DNA from: an uncultured virus (IMG/VR IMGVR_UViG_3300011008_000014)
Lineage: Duplodnaviria > Heunggongvirae > Uroviricota > Caudoviricetes
Strand: one strand, 5' to 3'
IMG/VR virus record: IMGVR_UViG_3300011008_000014
DNA length: 55,786 bases
The position numbers and the translations under genes were made by a program. Under the pieces are notes generated by a model. That model made no database searches. It was given only the letters and a program-made list of their open reading frames with translations, and was not told the DNA's origin. Positions 38,701-46,035 of this stretch are shown one piece after another; position 1 is the stretch's first letter; each line of letters begins with the position of its first letter.

Positions 38701-39530
38701 CTGCAAACGGATTCCCTGCCACGGTGTATAGTGAAATCGCGCAGGATGCTGGACTTACAAGTGCCATTGACACCGCTATGGCCAACTTGACCGCTTCGGG
38801 TATTACCAGCCCGACGGATGCCACCAACAAGGATGACCGATACATCAACGATGCCTCATTCCATGATGCGGCACAGGATGATGGCTATGCTGTTCTTAAC
38901 AGTAGCAATGCTGCTTGTAACGACTTCGATACCGAAAACAAAAACGACATCGTTGTCAACCATGCAAAGGCCATCATCAACGGGTATTTGGGCGAATCCT
39001 ATCCCACGACACCGACGGAACTTGCGGATGCTATGCAGGCTCTCGTCGCCACGATGTCTGCACAGGGCGCATCCAATCTTTCAAGATACCGTCAGTTGTA
39101 CTATCCTGCCATCTTTGCCTGCTACCTGTATCAGCCGAATGTCGAAGGAACGCTGGATGCTCAGTATGCGCGTAACAAGTGGATGCTGCCAGCTTGCGGC
39201 CTGTTGTCGAGAATATACAATTTCTTCTACAACAGCTGCGGTCATCAGACGTATGAGAACGGTGGAAGGTGTACGGTGGCAAATGCCAACGAGAATCCCG
39301 ACAGCGAGGCGTTACTGCCCCTGTTCGCAAATCTGTTAAAGAGGATTGCAGATGCAGGTGTCAGCACAACACCTTTTAACATTCCTACTAACAGCTACTA
39401 CTGGTCTGTTACTGAGCACGGCAGCGGCTATGCTTGGGGCGTCTACTTCAATAGTGGCTTCGTCTTCAACTACGGCAAGTCTGGCAGTCTCGTAGTTCGC
39501 CCTGTGGCCGCATTTGTTTATGACATTTAA
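32760..39530 (+). CDS. DGR target protein, 2256 aa (putative receptor-binding/tail protein with C-terminal C-type-lectin-fold variable region)
   Basis: C-terminal YWSVTE....AW.V.F..G........K.....VRPV; VR matches TR; internal LamG-like, CotH-like and LRR-like segments. Confidence 0.9.
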   Translation: MADIVNLQEAWENHTGLEVEAFIKKEFGKRAGAVRWVQDGTFYNIQIFASAADKAAYISDPVENAALLLDEQQLPISSTTSDSYVARLYCNRDTSKNYAVKDGDSFEASLRFSALHIIAATSEQEGMSGNGTLIIERSTDGSTWTRVATQSIASSDPTAENFPTTVDVGKYLLTGRQNYIRLRATFGYTDPSGADSTMASGNVILIITSVSLAVTLQTNWAQPVQASQLTSLPLNFMIEGAVAKTLHIQVSGVDGYSGHDDTVDYTAAQEGSMTVQCQDGAGTKGILRTGVHTVTAWLTADDGNGGTITSDVISHQLMMVNTNQPSTLMQPRLLIQSVASKVDNFVQGRVCQFAVYSPKLVDGTYTNQGDPVTFSMLLTDRSDNILTTSQTEYFNQEFTASAGVQYDLNATMEIEQNAGEVAASQFDTFLHATRMVGGTKTDFLADSYGTGYMYVKVDNTGGYQPTAGSVFLLNPKTRNNSEANPKRILNARNNNAVVDSVWSDSFKMDGTDGWTVDDDGNKVLRIPAGCQLNIRYNPFAQFISSPDSTMTIDLDFCVRNVVNEDDPIIQLCETLDAAKGTFLGLRMRPMVGTMASALSEGVETETDFRWSEDRRTHVSINIVPNVAPNTYGDGLAVAADQSKARGTLNLVRVFINGVINRELRFSTESGAKEFCTAALSNGGFIIGQAGADIDIYGIRIWDNTAQAIDPKAAVQNYISTLPTSEEKIRVKNANAITKTNGLISLEACQANGLRTMVWHGVEPYIKETSGSKGWLELKCYDYDGNYLPECSGTICKETKSLKPKRQGTTANTYYYSNLQFKLGDVESTILVALADFHSSIVVGAPHDDGEGNMVVSIYGGNLGSDFPVGNGTKDYPYADGYVTVPDGWVDGNGKYRGKGYMISPNQPLAQKLVLKINYASSMQSHLIGVNWLYHELHTRFCGQNSLQRDTPTALTAKHTEPVMFFTAGVNDEDPASAVYRGPGAFGPGKMDKPTWGYSKKASKITTVGDAHYRPDGHDYFAMAEGANNNTILSDMVAPWDDVAHGNQEAKVFYDPSAESWMYRKRTAVDVVDENTGAVTGQTISTTAEKCVGFDAGAVDEVESGGETLEYPKARITNIYKAAWNFLYLHNPRINLYRGTFAQLQQENLTDYQKKEKWWCRSNAGTDTDDYKLKRWDFYEMGWVDAGLWNGSSYDAVDIREYTGMNWSSMTDAQKADHAAVNEKLISCVVADAKSHIGEYFKESSLKFHYCFENHFIAGTDNCSKNTYYVIDPVTHLIELHQDDVDTVLATDNNGFQSKPYYVDRMHPWDDKDTGHTDCCYEGRQNTLFNLCEEMWENTHELSAAMNSILSLMAQLTGGIGSAESDTMSGVWKTINRYIFDIQRYFPQVAYNEAARIRYEFPAMLGFLGRDTIDPLTQSMGDQLESELQFMNRRLVYMASYAVFGEFLPSQSSARNGLTGLADASASMAFNAKALPDGQTTPTYTFKVKPHQYIYPCFGFQTDSKPTYTRVAPNEVLEYTVPSVVISDNGVSLFGLNYFRSVGNIGDMSCDPNIAFNLDGRRLTELIAEPTIYYPTPATLASNPSATTRTTPAAGYEPAFRPASFRIATGTRLKKLSLKGCSTLSSTERAPLNLSALTLCEEIDLRQTSIGAVTVPQTASLTTMRLPAAITALSLTSQPSLETLSIESGSLLASLTVTGSPNLNVQQMLRNIYDERSAGGHTPTALTLLHLADVNWTDTKADMLMWLAGSVTCNMYGKVVMLRATNDRWLSFSEVIQLIRKFGDIQTVPSGIPTDRLYIDYQKRDVNGVTIKGDKYLYTLGTHNDWSAATTNDVGNNVGVSGGREAVTFAIVEAAAAEYAEITDAVKGTVNVKKTYAYNEYRTFTLRMTVTLLDGTVMTYDKKVGFHKRLPKIGDFAYANGGFDDEFDASKELVGTIVKIDELSASQRKLWVYAKENANLRSSDGTYNTSAHVWGIYPDDSAANGFPATVYSEIAQDAGLTSAIDTAMANLTASGITSPTDATNKDDRYINDASFHDAAQDDGYAVLNSSNAACNDFDTENKNDIVVNHAKAIINGYLGESYPTTPTELADAMQALVATMSAQGASNLSRYRQLYYPAIFACYLYQPNVEGTLDAQYARNKWMLPACGLLSRIYNFFYNSCGHQTYENGGRCTVANANENPDSEALLPLFANLLKRIADAGVSTTPFNIPTNSYYWSVTEHGSGYAWGVYFNSGFVFNYGKSGSLVVRPVAAFVYDI
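39391..39513 (+). repeat. DGR variable repeat (VR)
   Basis: 123-nt ungapped match to 40255-40377 with 23 mismatches, all opposite TR adenines. Confidence 0.97.
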
Positions 39531-39543
39531 CATTTTATCATTC

Positions 39544-39567
39544 GGGCGCGTGTTCCAACACGCGCCC
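39544..39567 (+). other. DGR homing hairpin/cruciform downstream of VR
   Basis: GGGCGCGTGT-TCCA-ACACGCGCCC, perfect 10-bp stem 13 nt after the target stop. Confidence 0.85.
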
Positions 39568-39621
39568 ATCCTTGGAAAGAGAATAAGTTTAAGAAACAAC
39601 GAAAAGATTTAGAAAGCAGAT

Positions 39622-40158
39622 ATGCAGGAAACGGTTCATCCCACTGGGGTTGTCATCCCACAGTTGACGGTGGAAGATAGCAACACCAAGAAGAAGAGTA
39701 GCAAAAAGGCATTGGCTCAACTGCCTGTTTACAGAGCGTCGGCAAACTTGAAGTACATCGTGACATCCTTGATGGTGAAAAGTCCGAGGAGCCTCACGAA
39801 GTTCTTTGACCAAATGCTGGGAACTGCGTCGGAAGTCAAGAAGTCCATTGGCATGGCCAGTGTTGCGCGGACTCCCGATGAAAGGGCTTGGTACTTGGAT
39901 TGCGCGAAGGTGCTGGTGCAGGATTTGAGTGATGATTTCACGACGCTTCGCCGAATTGAGATGCCTTCAAAGAAAAAGGCAGACAAGGCCGATGAATCGG
40001 ATGCCGACAAGTCGCACAAAGTGCCGCTGGTCGGAAGAGACCTTGACAATAAGGTGAAAGCGTTGATGAAAAGTATAAAATCGCAGCTTGTGGCGTGGCG
40101 AGATTATACGATGAACGAGGGTGCTAATTCGGAGACCGATTCTGAAAGGAAAGAGTAA
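39622..40158 (+). CDS. avd: DGR accessory variability determinant (Avd-like four-helix bundle)
   Basis: LPVYR N-terminal motif, basic helical protein, I.SQL..W C-terminus, located between target and TR/RT. Confidence 0.75.
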   Translation: MQETVHPTGVVIPQLTVEDSNTKKKSSKKALAQLPVYRASANLKYIVTSLMVKSPRSLTKFFDQMLGTASEVKKSIGMASVARTPDERAWYLDCAKVLVQDLSDDFTTLRRIEMPSKKKADKADESDADKSHKVPLVGRDLDNKVKALMKSIKSQLVAWRDYTMNEGANSETDSERKE

Positions 40159-41663
40159 TGATTAGCAGAGTGTTACATAATCCCCTAAATGGGCGGTTTA
40201 CTGTGATGGACTTGACAGGCCGTCACAGTTACGAAGATGCAAAACCGCAGAAAGACAGCAACTACTGGTCTGTTACTGAGAACAACAGCAACAATGCTTG
40301 GAACGTCAACTTCAATAATGGCAACGTCAACAACAACAACAAGTATAACAGTAACGTAGTTCGCCCTGTGGCCGCATGTGGGGGCTTATACAATGCTTTC
40401 TACGAATCCGTGGTGTTTGCTTACAAAGACTGCTTGCGCGGCAAAATGGCCTCGACGCAGGCGGTCGAATACATGCAGATAGCCTATGTGGATTTGCCGT
40501 GTCTTGCTTGGGAGTTGTGGACTGGAACATACAAGCCCACGACTTCCACCTGCTTTCTTGTGAAATACCCGAAACTGCGTGAGGTGTTCGCGGCCAATTT
40601 CCGTGACCGCATCGTGCATCACTGGGTATGCCTGCGCCTTGAGCCACTGTTTGAGGAAAGGTTCATCATGCAGGGCAACGTGTCATTCAACTGCCGAAAG
40701 GGATTCGGTACTGACAAGTGCGTACAACACTGTGCCGAGGGCATGAAAGAGGTGTCCGACGGCTATACTAAGCCCGCTTGGGTGTTCAAGGGTGACTTGA
40801 CGGGATTCTTCATGTCGATTAACAAGAATCTGCTTTGGTATCTGCTGGAGCGTTTCATCATCCGATGGAGGAAACGCTATGAGCGTGAGGGCTGGCAGCG
40901 TATCACATGGGATATTCTTGACCGCCTAAGAATGGATGCCATGCCCGAAATGTATTGGGATATTCTGCTTCGGACGGTGAAGGTTATTGTCATGCACCAC
41001 CCCGAAAGGGATTGCGTGATAAACTCTGCTATTTCGCTTTGGAAAGGTCTTGCACCCAACAAGTCGCTTTTCGGATGTGGTGATGACGGCGAGCCTATCG
41101 GCAACCTAACGACGCAACTGTTCGCCAACTTCTTGATGTCTTTCTTCGACATATACGTGCTTTTCCTTTTCAGAGGCAAGAATCATTCTTATGAAAGGTT
41201 CGTCGATGATTGGGATAACAAGTGCGACGATAAGGAGTTTCTGCTACAGGCCATCCCGAAGATGGAGGCTTTCCTTCGTGACAAGCTGAAACTGGAGATG
41301 CACAAGGATAAGCGGTACTTGCAGCCTGTCTCGCACGGACTGGCATTTGTCGGAACGTACATCAAGCCGAACAGACTCTATCTGTCTAACAGGACGCTGG
41401 CGCGTTTTGAGGAAAGGGCGGTAGGATTCAGACGGCTTATAGACAGCAAAGAGGAACTGACGGTGCTTGACTGCAAGCGCATCGAGCAGGTCATCAACTC
41501 CTATCTTGGATTCTGCAAGGGTAAGGAAACTTACGCGAAGCGGGTTGAAATCCTCGACGGGATGGGTGCTGGCCTGTTCAGATACTTCTATATCCGTGGC
41601 CACTACGAAAGCATTAGGGCGCGGAGAAAATACAGGGAACTGGTGCTCCCATACGATTATTAG
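40158..41663 (+). CDS. DGR reverse transcriptase (start codon uncertain)
   Basis: PK.REVFAA.FRDRIVHH, CRKG.GT, KGDLTGFFMSI, PIGNLTTQLFAN, RFVDD, FVG motifs. Confidence 0.95.
   Translation: MISRVLHNPLNGRFTVMDLTGRHSYEDAKPQKDSNYWSVTENNSNNAWNVNFNNGNVNNNNKYNSNVVRPVAACGGLYNAFYESVVFAYKDCLRGKMASTQAVEYMQIAYVDLPCLAWELWTGTYKPTTSTCFLVKYPKLREVFAANFRDRIVHHWVCLRLEPLFEERFIMQGNVSFNCRKGFGTDKCVQHCAEGMKEVSDGYTKPAWVFKGDLTGFFMSINKNLLWYLLERFIIRWRKRYEREGWQRITWDILDRLRMDAMPEMYWDILLRTVKVIVMHHPERDCVINSAISLWKGLAPNKSLFGCGDDGEPIGNLTTQLFANFLMSFFDIYVLFLFRGKNHSYERFVDDWDNKCDDKEFLLQAIPKMEAFLRDKLKLEMHKDKRYLQPVSHGLAFVGTYIKPNRLYLSNRTLARFEERAVGFRRLIDSKEELTVLDCKRIEQVINSYLGFCKGKETYAKRVEILDGMGAGLFRYFYIRGHYESIRARRKYRELVLPYDY
40255..40377 (+). 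ncRNA. DGR template repeat (TR)
   Basis: AAC/AAT-rich copy of VR (16 AAY codons), immediately 5' of the RT domain. Confidence 0.97.
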
Positions 41664-41688
41664 TGTTCAACAAATAAAAAGTAAGATT

Positions 41689-42429
41689 ATGAGGTATTCA
41701 GAAAGACCACCATTCGTTGCAGTGTCGAGAACCCCTGCGGGCTTCCACTACACGATTAACTACGGCATCGAGCAGGTCGGTGAAGAGTTCGAGGCCAAGT
41801 CAGTAACCCTTGTGACGGAAGGGAAAATCAGCAAGGATGACTATTCGGCGATAGTCAGTGCGCTGGTGAACAACGAATATCCAGCCGACAGGATGGATGC
41901 AGTAAGGAACAACTACATGGCCAATGTCAGCGACATGCAGAGCGTCGTGGCATTCATTGAAATGCAGCGTTGGCGCGGCAGTGCGAAGGTGACTGCCCGC
42001 GAAGCCATGCGGTTCATCATGGATAACGGCCTCGGCGACGCGGAAGGGTTCGACGCGCTGGAGAATACCCGTGCCTTGGTGTTGCAGGACATCGAGAACT
42101 ACGACATCTCGGACGATGTGAACGCCTTTAAGATTAACGGCGAAAAATACTGGCTGACTAAGCCCATGCGTGAGTCGCTGCTTACGTCGCTTGGCCGTTT
42201 CCAAAAGGCGGGAATCGAGAACTTCCCCTTCGTGCTTGGGAATGTTCAGAAGCAGCTACCGTGTGACACGCTGGATGGCATGATTACACAGCTTGAGGTC
42301 TATGCCACACAGTGCATGGGTGTTACCACGGCACATCAGATTGCCGCTGCCGCCCTTGAGACGGAAGAGGAACTGATGGCCTACGACTACACGCAGAACT
42401 ATCCACCAATGCTTGAGTACACGCTATGA
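41689..42429 (+). CDS. DUF4376-like tail-fibre-associated protein
   Basis: I..YD.S.DVN.F......WL...R...LEVYA..C..VT..H...YDYT..YP. Confidence 0.7.
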   Translation: MRYSERPPFVAVSRTPAGFHYTINYGIEQVGEEFEAKSVTLVTEGKISKDDYSAIVSALVNNEYPADRMDAVRNNYMANVSDMQSVVAFIEMQRWRGSAKVTAREAMRFIMDNGLGDAEGFDALENTRALVLQDIENYDISDDVNAFKINGEKYWLTKPMRESLLTSLGRFQKAGIENFPFVLGNVQKQLPCDTLDGMITQLEVYATQCMGVTTAHQIAAAALETEEELMAYDYTQNYPPMLEYTL

Positions 42430-42884
42430 TAACGACTTATCTTTCACTTATGCTGGCCACGGCGGGGATTATCCTCGCCATGACCCGCAAGGAGGGTGCT
42501 TTGGAATCGGTGTCGGAAATTGCCTATGTCATCCCGAAATGGGCGTTTACGCTATGGATTGTCGCTGTCGGCGGTCTGCTGATGCCCGACTTGATGGAGC
42601 ACCTGTCGGAAAACTGGCAGTGGACGGGATTCTTGTGTGTTGTCGGTCTGTTCTGTGTTGCAGCGTCGCCGTACTACAAGACGGAATCGAAGGTGCTGCA
42701 TTTCTTCGGAGGATGGATGTGCGGTTGCTTTGCCACGGCGATAACGGCGGCTACATGCTGGCCTGTGCTTTTCGTGTGGCTTTGCTATCCGCTGTGTTTG
42801 CTGATAGCTGGCAGAAGGTTCTACACCTTTTGGGCTGAATACATCGTTTACTACGCTTTGGCTGGAGTGTTGCTGGTATGCTGA
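42426..42884 (+). CDS. Multi-pass membrane protein
   Basis: Five to six hydrophobic segments; S.SE..Y and H..GG motifs. Confidence 0.75.
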   Translation: MITTYLSLMLATAGIILAMTRKEGALESVSEIAYVIPKWAFTLWIVAVGGLLMPDLMEHLSENWQWTGFLCVVGLFCVAASPYYKTESKVLHFFGGWMCGCFATAITAATCWPVLFVWLCYPLCLLIAGRRFYTFWAEYIVYYALAGVLLVC

Positions 42885-43153
42885 ATCTACTACCAAGAAG
42901 CAAGGCGAGGTACATCGAACAACTGCCAAACGGCGAATGGGTGATACGCTACGGCATAAGACCCACGGGCGGCAGGGATGCCAACGGTGAGGAGATTGTG
43001 ACCTTCGGGATGTCGCAGTACCCGACGAAGCCCACGATGGAACAGATAAAGCGAAGCATACACAGGTACGCGATGGCCTGCCTTGGCGATGCTGATGTGC
43101 TGCCACTGGTTGCTAACCCCGATTACTCGGTTTATATGGTCACTGATGTCTAA
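42878..43153 (+). CDS. Hypothetical phage protein
   Basis: Overlapping packed ORF. Confidence 0.65.
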   Translation: MLNLLPRSKARYIEQLPNGEWVIRYGIRPTGGRDANGEEIVTFGMSQYPTKPTMEQIKRSIHRYAMACLGDADVLPLVANPDYSVYMVTDV

Positions 43154-43273
43154 CCCCTAAAAACGGAATGCTTATGAAGAAGTATGATGACAGCAGCTAA
43201 GAACTGCAAGGAAACTGGAAGAGTTACTCGACAAAGTGAACTTTTTCATCAACAATTTAATGTGATTTGAACA

Positions 43274-43750
43274 ATGGAGAAATTATTTGAAGGAACGGAA
43301 ACGATGATGATGATTGCAGTAGTGGCCATCATGGTTGTTTTCTTTGCCATTATCATCGACCTTGCATCGGGCATGTATAAGGCATGGTATCGGAAGGAGA
43401 AATGGAAATCGGACTATCTGAAACGCACGGGCTACAAGTTCGTGCTGTACCACGGATGCCTTTTGATTGCCACGCTGATTGACTTGATGATTCATTTCTC
43501 AAAGCTGTATCTGTGGTTTGGCTGGGATATTGTCTTTGGACTGCCGCTGATAACCCTTGCTGTGGCTATCTTTTGGTGCGTCGTGGAGTTCCTGTCAGTA
43601 CGCGAAAAGGCCGACGAGAAGGTGCATTCTGAAATCGCCCGTGCCGAAAGGCTTGCAAAGCAGGTGTTCAGCAAGGAGGAGATGGTGGAGATACTGGCAG
43701 AAGCCATGCGCCGCTCCGTTCTCGGTGACAAAACGAAGGAAACGGTATGA
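43274..43750 (+). CDS. Holin
   Basis: Three TM segments, DL.SG..KA, E..SV.EK motifs; directly upstream of the amidase. Confidence 0.85.
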   Translation: MEKLFEGTETMMMIAVVAIMVVFFAIIIDLASGMYKAWYRKEKWKSDYLKRTGYKFVLYHGCLLIATLIDLMIHFSKLYLWFGWDIVFGLPLITLAVAIFWCVVEFLSVREKADEKVHSEIARAERLAKQVFSKEEMVEILAEAMRRSVLGDKTKETV

Positions 43751-44451
43751 GGAAAGAAGAAATTGCCATCATGCTGGGTACTGCCCATCTTGACGAGATT
43801 TTGGGTAAGTGCTCTCCCGACGGAACGCTTCGCGAGTGTGTCTATAGCCGTGAAATCATTGCCGACGTTAAGGCAAAGCTGGAGTCATACGGATATAAGG
43901 TGTTCGTGGACTACGAGCCTTTGAAGAAGTCAGACAAGATGACTGGCAGCGGTACACTGCAAAGCCGTGAACTTGAATATCGCGTTAGGGTTGTCAACGG
44001 CCTGTGCGCCAAGTATGGAAAGGAAAAGTGCCTGTATGTAAGCATCCATGTCAATGCCGCTGGTTCAGATGGCAAGTGGCACGGTGCTGGCGGCTGGTGC
44101 TGTTATACGTCGAAGGGCAAGACAAAGGCCGATTTGCTGGCCGAGTGCATGTATGACGCGGCCTTTTCCAACTTGAAGGGATATGTCAAGCTGATGGACG
44201 AGGGCAAGCGTCGCGGTGAATACACCGAGAAGCAGACCCCGTTCCGCATGGATATGACTGACGGCGACAGAGACTTGGAGGCTGACCTCTATGTCGTAAG
44301 GAAAACCGCCTGCCCTGCCGTGCTGACGGAGAACATGTTTCAAGACAACAAGCGCGACGTGGCGTTTCTGCTTTCCGATGAAGGCCGTCACGCTATTGCC
44401 CGCCTGCATGTCGAGGGTATATTGAACTATATCCAAAAGTACATGCTGTAG
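43747..44451 (+). CDS. Endolysin, N-acetylmuramoyl-L-alanine amidase (Amidase_3)
   Basis: H....GK.SPDG..RE, VSIHVNAA, PAVLTENMFQDN. Confidence 0.92.
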   Translation: MRKEEIAIMLGTAHLDEILGKCSPDGTLRECVYSREIIADVKAKLESYGYKVFVDYEPLKKSDKMTGSGTLQSRELEYRVRVVNGLCAKYGKEKCLYVSIHVNAAGSDGKWHGAGGWCCYTSKGKTKADLLAECMYDAAFSNLKGYVKLMDEGKRRGEYTEKQTPFRMDMTDGDRDLEADLYVVRKTACPAVLTENMFQDNKRDVAFLLSDEGRHAIARLHVEGILNYIQKYML

Positions 44452-44513
44452 CCTGTTCGCCGAGGGTAGCCGCACACCCTTGGTTTAGTTTTAACTTAAC
44501 TGTAGATGGAATT

Positions 44514-45008
44514 ATGAAAAGAATAGTTTTCTTGCTGATGGCTGTTGTGGCCGTCATGCTGGCTGGATGCAGCCACAAGGTTTATGAGGGTACGGAATCA
44601 TCCTCAGTGATAAAGGATTCTACGCAGATTCATATCGTTGACAGTGTGCGGTGGGAAACCAAGACGCAGATACGGGATAGCGTGAATGTGCGTGACAGCA
44701 TCGTGATAAAGGTTGATGCGGAAGGTAATGAGGTGGGGCGCAGCGAATGGCACTACAAGGAGAAATACAAGGAGGTCAAGGATTCTACGGCCTACTATAA
44801 GATGATGTGTGACTCGCTGATGAAGAAAACGGAAGAAAAGGACACCGTGACGATTCACGATATAGAATACAGGGATAAACCGCTGAATAAGTGGCAGACG
44901 TTCAAGCTGGAGGTGGGAGGCATTGCCGTCGGAATATCCGTAGCGGCCATCCTTGCCCTGCTGGTGTGGCTGTTCGTCAAGTTCAGAAAGAAGATACCGT
45001 TTATTTAG
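44514..45008 (+). CDS. Putative unimolecular spanin
   Basis: LAGC lipobox, beta-rich middle, C-terminal TM helix plus basic tail; follows holin-endolysin. Confidence 0.7.
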   Translation: MKRIVFLLMAVVAVMLAGCSHKVYEGTESSSVIKDSTQIHIVDSVRWETKTQIRDSVNVRDSIVIKVDAEGNEVGRSEWHYKEKYKEVKDSTAYYKMMCDSLMKKTEEKDTVTIHDIEYRDKPLNKWQTFKLEVGGIAVGISVAAILALLVWLFVKFRKKIPFI

Positions 45009-45038
45009 GATTTCGTACTACTATATATGTTTATGTAA

Positions 45039-45100
45039 AGCCCCACGCCGCCCGCGAGGGTAGTATGGGGCATCCTATTCCGTAGCCCGCGAGGGTGAAC
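45039..45100. terminator. Stem-loop region between convergent transcription units
   Basis: GCCCCA...GCCC-GCGA-GGGT...TGGGGC; second GCCCGCGAGGGT at 45085-45096. Confidence 0.5.
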
Positions 45101-45104
45101 TCTT

Positions 45105-45323
45105 TCATGTGGGGCTGGCCGTCACAGGTCGGCCTCCTTTTTGTCTTGGCAGTTCAACGGTAAACCCTTTTTCTTGCAGATATTCAATAACGGCAAAAAG
45201 GCTTGTGTCAATAATGTTGTGAATCTGTTGCTTGTCAACCCGCATTGTAATGCTTGAATGATTGCCGCGTGTCACCAGTTGTACGTCATCGGACTCTATC
45301 GAAAGTGCAAATTCGTTTTCCAT
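45105..45323 (-). CDS. Hypothetical phage protein
   Basis: Last ORF of the leftward cluster. Confidence 0.55.
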   Translation of the reverse strand: MENEFALSIESDDVQLVTRGNHSSITMRVDKQQIHNIIDTSLFAVIEYLQEKGFTVELPRQKGGRPVTASPT

Positions 45324-45339
45324 ATTTCTCTGATTTTGT

Positions 45340-45636
45340 TTACCTAACCATATTTTCTATCCATGCGCGGCATGAATTGTAGCGGGGGATGATGTCAGCC
45401 CAACGGAACGGTTTTGGTTTCTTCATCAGCAGGTAGCCGCCTTTCGGACATATCGGCAGTATTGATTTGTCTGCCAGCTGAATATGGGCTATTTTGTAGC
45501 CCATCCGCTCGACGGTTTGCTTTACTGCCTCACGGTCTTCGTTGCGGCAGCATACCACCACCTCAGTGCCTTTTGGAAATTTGATACCAAAGCATTCTTT
45601 TATCTTGGCAGGATTGTGTGCGTTCATGTTTTCCAT
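45340..45636 (-). CDS. Hypothetical phage protein
   Basis: Packed ORF. Confidence 0.6.
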   Translation of the reverse strand: MENMNAHNPAKIKECFGIKFPKGTEVVVCCRNEDREAVKQTVERMGYKIAHIQLADKSILPICPKGGYLLMKKPKPFRWADIIPRYNSCRAWIENMVR

Positions 45637-45639
45637 ATC

Positions 45640-46035
45640 CTACCATTTTAAGTTATCATCAAGTCCGCACAGTCTAAGAAGGTGCTGCAACTGGTGAACG
45701 TGCTTTATTAGACAAGTGCTGATATATAGCCCTGCAACATCAAACTTCGTCTGAATGCTGCCATCATCCTTGAATACTACCTCCAAATCATCGTCGCCAT
45801 CTTCGCCAACAGATTTCCAGCAAGTTTTCCATACTTCACCATAGCATTCAAACCCGTTTTCGGTAAGGATGTACGGTGTCAGTTCTATTGGTTTGATACG
45901 CTCGATTTTCACATCAAAGAAACCGTTATTTGCAAGCACAACTTGGCCGTTACCCGTTATTTCCGTGACGGTATATACTCTTCTTCGACCAGTGATTTTT
46001 ACTTTATCACCGATGCAGATTTCATTTATCGTCAT
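45640..46035 (-). CDS. YopX-like phage protein
   Basis: ICIGD.V...IKPIELTPYILTENGF...HVHQLQHLLRLCG. Confidence 0.7.
   Translation of the reverse strand: MTINEICIGDKVKITGRRRVYTVTEITGNGQVVLANNGFFDVKIERIKPIELTPYILTENGFECYGEVWKTCWKSVGEDGDDDLEVVFKDDGSIQTKFDVAGLYISTCLIKHVHQLQHLLRLCGLDDNLKW

Noticed and set aside
40255..40377. AAC-rich tandem-looking sequence as a microsatellite or CRISPR
   Set aside because: Fully explained as the DGR template repeat; I saw no repeat-spacer array anywhere in the window
40158..41663. RT as a group II intron, retron or Abi RT
   Set aside because: TR/VR pair with adenine-only mismatches, avd and hairpin identify a DGR
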